From positions 40,108 to 104,107 of IMG/VR virus record IMGVR_UViG_3300042261_000762: DNA of 64,000 bases; one strand, given 5' to 3'. How positions within the stretch are numbered: position 1 is the first letter of the stretch; every line of letters begins with the position of its first letter. The position numbers were made by a program, and so were the translations under genes. The DNA is from a virus. The notes beneath the pieces are model-generated. The model was not told where the DNA came from and did not search any database. It saw nothing but the letters and a program-made list of their open reading frames with translations. This document shows, piece by piece, positions 57,706-64,000 of this stretch.

Positions 57706-58386
57706 ATGAGCGATTGGATATATTCAGGCGAAGATGGTTCATTAGTAAGGGCTAAACTAAATGAGCTCCACGATTACGTTTATGAAATACTAGAGGGAAC
57801 TAGTGGAAGTAGTGGCAAAAGTGGCACAAGCGGTAAAAGTGGCACAAGCGGTTCTTCAGGTAAATCTAGCTCATCTGGAATATCTGGGTCTTCAGGAACA
57901 TCTGGAACAAGTGGTACATCTGGAAGTTCTGGAGTTGATGGAAACTTTTATGGAACTTCAGGCACATCAGGGGTTAATGGGGAATTTTTAGGATCCAGTG
58001 GAACTAGTGGAATAAATGGAACCAGTGGAACTAGTGGAATAAATGGCACTAGCGGTACTAGCGGAATAAATGGCACTAGCGGTACTAGCGGAATAAATGG
58101 CACTAGTGGGTCTAGTGGCATAAGCGGAACTTCGGGCACTAGTGGAGATAGCGGCACTAGCGGAACTAATGGTTCGAGCGGGACTAGTGGTTTAACTGGA
58201 ACGAGTGGAACTAGTGGTTTAAGTGGAACTAGCGGGACAAATGGGACATCGGGTAGTTCTGGTAGTGGGAGTTCAGGAACGTCTCTTGTCACTAATGGAA
58301 TAACAACAATAACGGTTTTGACGCAAGCTCAATATGATGCCATAACAGAGCCTAATTTAACAACACTTTATATAATATCGGGATGA
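57706..58386 (+). CDS. Gly-x-Ser (SGT/SGS) triplet-repeat fibre-like protein
   Basis: About 160 aa of GTS/GSS repeats; C-terminal LTQAQYDAI...TLYII. Confidence 0.8.
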   Translation: MSDWIYSGEDGSLVRAKLNELHDYVYEILEGTSGSSGKSGTSGKSGTSGSSGKSSSSGISGSSGTSGTSGTSGSSGVDGNFYGTSGTSGVNGEFLGSSGTSGINGTSGTSGINGTSGTSGINGTSGTSGINGTSGSSGISGTSGTSGDSGTSGTNGSSGTSGLTGTSGTSGLSGTSGTNGTSGSSGSGSSGTSLVTNGITTITVLTQAQYDAITEPNLTTLYIISG

Positions 58387-59354
58387 AATTTTATTATAAT
58401 AATATATCTGGAGATACTGCTTATATGGGAAGTACTCTTGTTTCTAATTTTAAGATAGGAACAACTGAATCTGTAACAGATTATGATGGTAATGTTTATA
58501 CGATAATAAGAGTAGGAAAACAAAAATGGTTTCAACAAAATTTAAGAGTAACACATTTAAATGATGGTACTCTTATTACTAATTTAACTGGGGTAACAAC
58601 GCCTAATTCAATATTTTACTCTTGGTATAATAATAGTTATCAAACAGGAATAACTTATGGAGCTTTATATAGTGGATATGCAGCATTAGATTCTAATATA
58701 GCTCCAACTGGGTGTCATGTTCCAACAATAGAAGAGGTATCAGAATTATTTGATTATAAATTGAATGCAGGCGCTTTAAAAGAAACTGGATTTACATATT
58801 GGAATAGTCCTAATTCAGGTGCCACAAACTCTACTTATTTTACTGCTTTACCTGGCGGTTTAAGATGGCATGATGGAGATTTTTATTATATAAATATTGA
58901 TTGTAATTTATGGACTGCTTCTTTGTCAACATCTAGTGATTTGTGTTATTGGGGAGCTACCTATAGCACAAATGTCATGAATAGAGGACAATTTTATAAA
59001 AATGAAGGATTATCTATTAGATGTTTAAAAGATCAGGTTTTGAATAAGCCAACTGTTTCTATATCTATAAGTGACATAACTCAGAGCACGGTTGATGTAA
59101 CAATGACTATCGCATCGACTACAAGTGTCACTAGAAGAGGAGCTTGCTTTACTTACGGTACAGATAGAACTACGCCAACAACAACATTGAATAATGTATC
59201 TTTGAGTGGAACAGGAGATGGGACTTTTACATTTACAGTAACATTAGATGCAACGGGATTAATACATCCAAGAACTTATGATATAAGAGGATTTGCGCAA
59301 AATTCAGATGGTTTGGGATATAGTAATACAATTACATTTACTACATTATCATAA
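58383..59354 (+). CDS. FISUMP domain plus FN3-like domain, tail-associated protein
   Basis: TDYDGNVY...WFQQNL...YGALY...GLSIRCLKD; YDIRGFAQNSDGLGYS. Confidence 0.8.
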   Translation: MKFYYNNISGDTAYMGSTLVSNFKIGTTESVTDYDGNVYTIIRVGKQKWFQQNLRVTHLNDGTLITNLTGVTTPNSIFYSWYNNSYQTGITYGALYSGYAALDSNIAPTGCHVPTIEEVSELFDYKLNAGALKETGFTYWNSPNSGATNSTYFTALPGGLRWHDGDFYYINIDCNLWTASLSTSSDLCYWGATYSTNVMNRGQFYKNEGLSIRCLKDQVLNKPTVSISISDITQSTVDVTMTIASTTSVTRRGACFTYGTDRTTPTTTLNNVSLSGTGDGTFTFTVTLDATGLIHPRTYDIRGFAQNSDGLGYSNTITFTTLS

Positions 59355-59390
59355 TTAAAATTTAATATATAAAATAAAAATTTAAATAAA

Positions 59391-60002
59391 ATGACATATG
59401 AATATAATCTAGATAATTTTATAGCAGTGCCAACTACGAGCGATCAACGACTTTTCATTTACAATAAAAATAATGAATTTGTAGATAGTATAATAGTAGA
59501 TTTATCTCATTATTTTGTAAAAAACAATTGTCTGGTTATAAAAATTACTAACAAAAATGATCTTATGTTAAGTTTTGAAAGTAGAACAATAGCCCAATTG
59601 GCGCTTGAAAAATTAGATAGATTTAGAAAATCTATTATGACGCTTAGTGGAGAATTAGTAAAACCAGAAAGACCTACATTAAATACTACTAATCTAAATA
59701 TGTGGGCGTGTGATATTATACCGGGTGTTGATTTTCAATTAATTAGTGGCGCCACAGTATCTCAAGTTCCAAAATCCAGAATAGAAGTTATAGTTAATGG
59801 AAGTAGTCATGTTCCGTGTGGTTATCCTGATGGTCTTTATATAGGTTGTTATTTTACATCGGTAGAAGATAATGGAGACCCATTAAAAGCTAGAGTTAAT
59901 GACGGTGATGTTCAATTGGGCGATAATTTATATTGGATTGGTTCTGTGGCCGGATTTGATTTAGATAGTACAGATATGCTAGATTATAATTATCTAGTTT
60001 AA
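59391..60002 (+). CDS. Putative structural protein
   Basis: 203-aa ORF in the tail region, downstream of TAATATATA. Confidence 0.65.
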   Translation: MTYEYNLDNFIAVPTTSDQRLFIYNKNNEFVDSIIVDLSHYFVKNNCLVIKITNKNDLMLSFESRTIAQLALEKLDRFRKSIMTLSGELVKPERPTLNTTNLNMWACDIIPGVDFQLISGATVSQVPKSRIEVIVNGSSHVPCGYPDGLYIGCYFTSVEDNGDPLKARVNDGDVQLGDNLYWIGSVAGFDLDSTDMLDYNYLV

Positions 60003-60063
60003 TAACCTTTCTTTTCAAGATTTTTATTTTAATATATAAGAGAAAAACTTTTACAGCTAGTTT

Positions 60064-63000
60064 ATGATCTTACGTGACTTGATTCAAGGAAAACAGATAG
60101 ATGATTCTACTATACAACAAAGTAATTTAGATTTATCTCATCCAGATAATCTTTCTTTAACTGGATATACAACAGACGCTATTAATTCGGCTGTTACTGT
60201 TGGTTACTTAAATTACAGATTGCACGAACTTTATACTGGTGGAACTAGTGGAATATCCGGTTCAAGTGGTGTGGATGGTTCTTTTTTCGGAACACACGGC
60301 ACAAGTGGATCTAGTGGAAAAAGTGGATCTTCTGGGACTAGTGGTATTTCTGGAACTAGTGGTATTTCTGGCACAACAGGAACTTCAGGTAGTTCTGGTA
60401 AATCTGGTAGAGATGGGCACGATGGAACTAGCGGAGTTTCAGGAACAGCTGGATCTTCCGGTAAAGATGGTATTTTCTATGGATCTAGTGGATCTAGCGG
60501 AGAAAGCGGAACATCAGGAACTAGCGGTTTAACTGGAACATCAGGATCTAGTGGATCTAGTGGTATATCTGGTAGTTCTGGTAAATCTGGTAGAGATGGT
60601 AAATCCGGAGCTAAAGGTACGAGTGGAACTAGCGGTTCTAGTGGTTCTAGTGGTTCTAGTGGGTCTAGCGGATCTAGTGGGGGTTCTGGAACTTCTGGGT
60701 CTTCTGGGTCTTCTGGTATAGATGGTATTATGTCTGTTTCTGGAAACCAGGGGAATATACAATTTAGAGACAATGGAGTGTTGGGTAATAATACGGGGTT
60801 AACGTTCGATAAAACTTACGCTTATTTTGGTTTGGGGACTGATATTCCATTAACAAAATTACATTTTTATGGAGAACAGATAGGAGGAGATGAGAATGAA
60901 TTTCAGCGCGGAAATTCTTTAATGATAGATGGTTTAGAAAATTCTGATAAAAATTTAGTTTTTTCTTCTTTAAATGATCCAAAATGGGCAAATCAAATTT
61001 ACCGCGATGAAAATGGCGAATATTTATATATTTATAATTTTCAAACAAACAAAGAACCTTTCGTCTTATCAAGATCTGGAAGAGTTGGTATAAATAAATC
61101 TTCCAATATCATGAATTATCATAGTAGATATACTGGTAATGATATGAACAATGATGATATGGATGTTGGGGGTGTATTTAATAGACTATATCAAATAATG
61201 TATGAAATTAGTATATCTTCAACTGGAATTACTGATAAAATACAATGGCGAAAATCTTACGATAACGGAATATCATGGGGAAATTTTTCTTCTGATATAG
61301 AATTATCAATAGATCCTATTTATCTTGAATACGGTGTAAATATTTTTTTTGAAAATGTTAACGGACACGATATCGATGATAAATGGACTTTTACTGCATT
61401 TCCTCAATTGCCAGAAGGAACATTTACAGTATCTCCAACCATGTTTGATGAAGTACAAACAACCGCAGATTATACATCAGAAGAACCAATTTTCAACGAT
61501 CAAACATATAACGCGTCAACCACGTTCGGAACTCTTGTCAAAACTTTAACAGGTTCAACATCAGCTTTTTATACAGGTTTCAAAATTCAATATAATAATG
61601 TTTATTTCAAGATAAATAAACAAGGGGCTGGAGTTAATTTAAAAGTAGAATACTTGACATTATCTGGCTGGACTGAGATGTCTGAAACTCAGGAAATAAT
61701 AGATCAAACAAATAATCTTACTCAATCTGGGTCTATTTTATGGGATAGATCTCAAATGTCAGATTGGATAAAATCGTTTTTTACTGGGCATACAGATGAA
61801 CAATACAATTTATATTGGATTAGATTTACATCTAAGACTAATGTTACAGAGTCTCCTATGGCCGACGTTATAACATTAAATGGATCATATAGATTTGCTG
61901 TTTATTCTGCTCATCTGGATTATGCTCCTTCTTTTTATATTGATGGACAAGGAAGAACTATACTTGGCGATTATCTGAAATTGGGGTCTGGTGTTTCTGA
62001 ATTACAAGGTTATTTGGGCATTAATACAAATGAACCTCAAAATTTAATTCATTTATACGGTCTGAAAACAATTCCTGATTTAGATGATGATATGTCTAAT
62101 AATATTCAAATAGATGGTGTTTCCGGTGGTGATAGAGGTATAGTATGGGCAGATGATGGCAATAAAAAATGGGAAGATTATATTTATAGAAATGAAAATG
62201 GAGAATATAAATATTTATATAATTACGAGTTAGGAAAAGATATTTATGTAGTATCTAAAAATGCTAGATTTGGAATTAATAAACAAACAAACGTTGGTGG
62301 ACCTTTTTCAGAATATCTCGGATTTGATAATGGTTCATTAAATGATTTAATTATAGGAGGAATTTATATAAATTCTGTTCCAATATTATACGAAATTATC
62401 ATATCACACGAGGGAGTCCAAGACGAATGTAGATGGAGAAAATCATTAGATTATGGGGTCAATTGGAATTTTTATTCTGATCCAATATCTTGTTCAACGT
62501 CAGAGACTGATCTGGAACTTGGATTAACATTTAAATTTTCGAATATTACGGGGCATAATACTTTTGATAAGTGGAGATATTTAGCATTTTCACAACAGCC
62601 AATTGGAACATTTAGTATAGCGCCAAGGCATTACGCTGGGGTTTTTCTATCAGGTAACACGACAAGAAATTATACTTATAATTCACAAAACAATTATGCT
62701 GAAAATTTTCCATTTTTATTTAGTGGGGATACTTCATATTTATATGTTGGAGATTATGTTGAATTTTCAACTGTTTTTTGTAATCTTGTTGAACATGTTG
62801 CGTCTGGAATAAATTTAGTAGCCGAATATTGGAATGGAACACAATGGATTGTTTTTTCTAATAGTGGATATTCGTATACAGATAATACTATAGAAGGAGG
62901 ACATAATTTAAGATTGAGTGGTAATATAGAATGGAATAAATCTTTATTGACTAATTGGGAACAAAAAGATGAATTTGATTTGAATTTATATTGGATTAGA

Positions 63001-64000
63001 TTTTATTCGTCTATTAATGTTACTTCATCACCGATAGCGAAAACTTTAACACCACATGGAAAATATCGTTTTTCAATATATTCCGCTCATTATGATTATA
63101 TTCCACAATTATATATCGATTCAATAGGAAATATAGTTACTTCAAAGTCTATTTATGTTGGAAATTCAAATCAAAATAATTCTTCTAATTTATTACAAAT
63201 TGGATATTCTGGAAATACATTATTAGAATTTAATACTGGTGGAACTCTTAGATTAAATATTTATGAATCTGGTTTTTTAAAAACAGATACTCACGGTAAT
63301 GTATATTACGATAATTCAAATTATGCCGGGTCTTCCGGAACCAGCGGGCAATCTGGATTAGACGGTTCTTCGGGGGCTAGTGGAACTTCTGGTATATCAG
63401 GAACCAGTGGTACTTCAGGATCCAGTGGCGCATCAGGCACTAGTGGATCCAGTGGCACATCAGGCACTAGTGGATCCAGTGGCACATCAGGTACTAGTGG
63501 GTCTAGTGGGACTTCAGGAACTAGTGGATCCAGTGGCACATCAGGTACTAGTGGGTCTAGTGGGACTTCAGGAACTAGTGGATCCAGTGGAACTAGTGGG
63601 GTGTCAGGAACACACGGAGTTAGTGGTACATCAGGCACTAGTGGATCCAGTGGCACATCAGGTACTAGTGGGTCTAGTGGGACTTCAGGAACTAGTGGAT
63701 CTTCGGGTACATCAGGAACTAGTGGAACCAGTGGAACCAGTGGAACTAGTGGGGTGTCAGGAACACACGGAGTTAGTGGTACATCAGGCACTAGTGGAAC
63801 TAATGGAACATCGGGAACTAGCGGTTCTTCGGGTACATCAGGAACTAGTGGAACATCGGGGTTTAGTGGTTCTAGTGGAACCAGTGGAACTAGTGGGGTG
63901 TCAGGAACACACGGAGTTAGTGGTACATCAGGCACTAGTGGAACTAATGGAACATCGGGAACTAGCGGTTCTTCGGGTACATCAGGAACTAGTGGAACAT
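60064..64000 (+). CDS. Large tail-fibre-like protein, truncated at the window end (more than 1300 aa; missing from the ORF track)
   Basis: Open frame from MILRDLIQGKQID to the window end; GTS repeat tracts; duplicated module of about 390 aa (FGLGTDIP.../LGINTNEP...). Confidence 0.85.
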   Translation, partial: MILRDLIQGKQIDDSTIQQSNLDLSHPDNLSLTGYTTDAINSAVTVGYLNYRLHELYTGGTSGISGSSGVDGSFFGTHGTSGSSGKSGSSGTSGISGTSGISGTTGTSGSSGKSGRDGHDGTSGVSGTAGSSGKDGIFYGSSGSSGESGTSGTSGLTGTSGSSGSSGISGSSGKSGRDGKSGAKGTSGTSGSSGSSGSSGSSGSSGGSGTSGSSGSSGIDGIMSVSGNQGNIQFRDNGVLGNNTGLTFDKTYAYFGLGTDIPLTKLHFYGEQIGGDENEFQRGNSLMIDGLENSDKNLVFSSLNDPKWANQIYRDENGEYLYIYNFQTNKEPFVLSRSGRVGINKSSNIMNYHSRYTGNDMNNDDMDVGGVFNRLYQIMYEISISSTGITDKIQWRKSYDNGISWGNFSSDIELSIDPIYLEYGVNIFFENVNGHDIDDKWTFTAFPQLPEGTFTVSPTMFDEVQTTADYTSEEPIFNDQTYNASTTFGTLVKTLTGSTSAFYTGFKIQYNNVYFKINKQGAGVNLKVEYLTLSGWTEMSETQEIIDQTNNLTQSGSILWDRSQMSDWIKSFFTGHTDEQYNLYWIRFTSKTNVTESPMADVITLNGSYRFAVYSAHLDYAPSFYIDGQGRTILGDYLKLGSGVSELQGYLGINTNEPQNLIHLYGLKTIPDLDDDMSNNIQIDGVSGGDRGIVWADDGNKKWEDYIYRNENGEYKYLYNYELGKDIYVVSKNARFGINKQTNVGGPFSEYLGFDNGSLNDLIIGGIYINSVPILYEIIISHEGVQDECRWRKSLDYGVNWNFYSDPISCSTSETDLELGLTFKFSNITGHNTFDKWRYLAFSQQPIGTFSIAPRHYAGVFLSGNTTRNYTYNSQNNYAENFPFLFSGDTSYLYVGDYVEFSTVFCNLVEHVASGINLVAEYWNGTQWIVFSNSGYSYTDNTIEGGHNLRLSGNIEWNKSLLTNWEQKDEFDLNLYWIRFYSSINVTSSPIAKTLTPHGKYRFSIYSAHYDYIPQLYIDSIGNIVTSKSIYVGNSNQNNSSNLLQIGYSGNTLLEFNTGGTLRLNIYESGFLKTDTHGNVYYDNSNYAGSSGTSGQSGLDGSSGASGTSGISGTSGTSGSSGASGTSGSSGTSGTSGSSGTSGTSGSSGTSGTSGSSGTSGTSGSSGTSGTSGSSGTSGVSGTHGVSGTSGTSGSSGTSGTSGSSGTSGTSGSSGTSGTSGTSGTSGTSGVSGTHGVSGTSGTSGTNGTSGTSGSSGTSGTSGTSGFSGSSGTSGTSGVSGTHGVSGTSGTSGTNGTSGTSGSSGTSGTSGT
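63328..64000 (+). repeat. 9-bp-period Gly-Thr-Ser coding repeats with higher-order units
   Basis: GGAACTAGT, GGATCCAGT and GGCACATCA units; block GGGGTGTCAGGAACACACGGAGTTAGTGGTACATCAGGCACTAGT occurs three times. Confidence 0.9.

Noticed and set aside
7007-59354. Diversity-generating retroelement targeting the FISUMP domains
   Set aside because: No reverse transcriptase and no template/variable repeat pair visible in the window.
57948-63935. Minus-strand PLV/PDV-repeat ORFs (57948, 60477, 63321)
   Set aside because: Antisense shadows of the Gly-Thr-Ser repeat genes.
1-64000. Alternative genetic code (TAG or TGA recoding) as in some huge phages
   Set aside because: Conserved enzymes are full length in code 11, TGA is used in ATGA gene overlaps, and no suppressor tRNA is seen.

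Overview
AT-rich, gene-dense segment of a very large tailed phage (T4-like jumbo/huge phage) in standard code 11. The host is probably Bacteroidota (TAnnTTTG promoters, A-rich starts mostly without Shine-Dalgarno sites, FISUMP domains). Contents: a vWA/MoxR-AAA pair; an array of 13 tRNA or tRNA-like genes (Glu, Gln, Met/fMet, Ile-UAU, several atypical); DnaJ; a LAGLIDADG endonuclease; a CCA-adding enzyme at the end of a modular protein; ppk2, type II glutamine synthetase, guaC, tdk and gltX; M16 peptidase, macro, HAD, radical SAM and methyltransferase genes; a decayed rmlC; and neck/tail-fibre-like genes with Gly-Thr-Ser repeats at the right end. Four candidate new systems stand out. (1) A ribosome-dependent attenuator in front of the tRNA array whose leader peptide is built from the codons those tRNAs read. 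(2) A DP[YF]GEExW peptide tag in about 39 copies across about 26 unrelated proteins. (3) Five mini-genes that each carry a different fragment of a gp23-like major capsid protein fused to that tag, with a condensed portal paralogue nearby. (4) About 35 proteins, including GluRS, the CCA enzyme and PPK2, that start with T4-like capsid-targeting sequences. All family calls come from motifs recognised by eye; no database searches were run.
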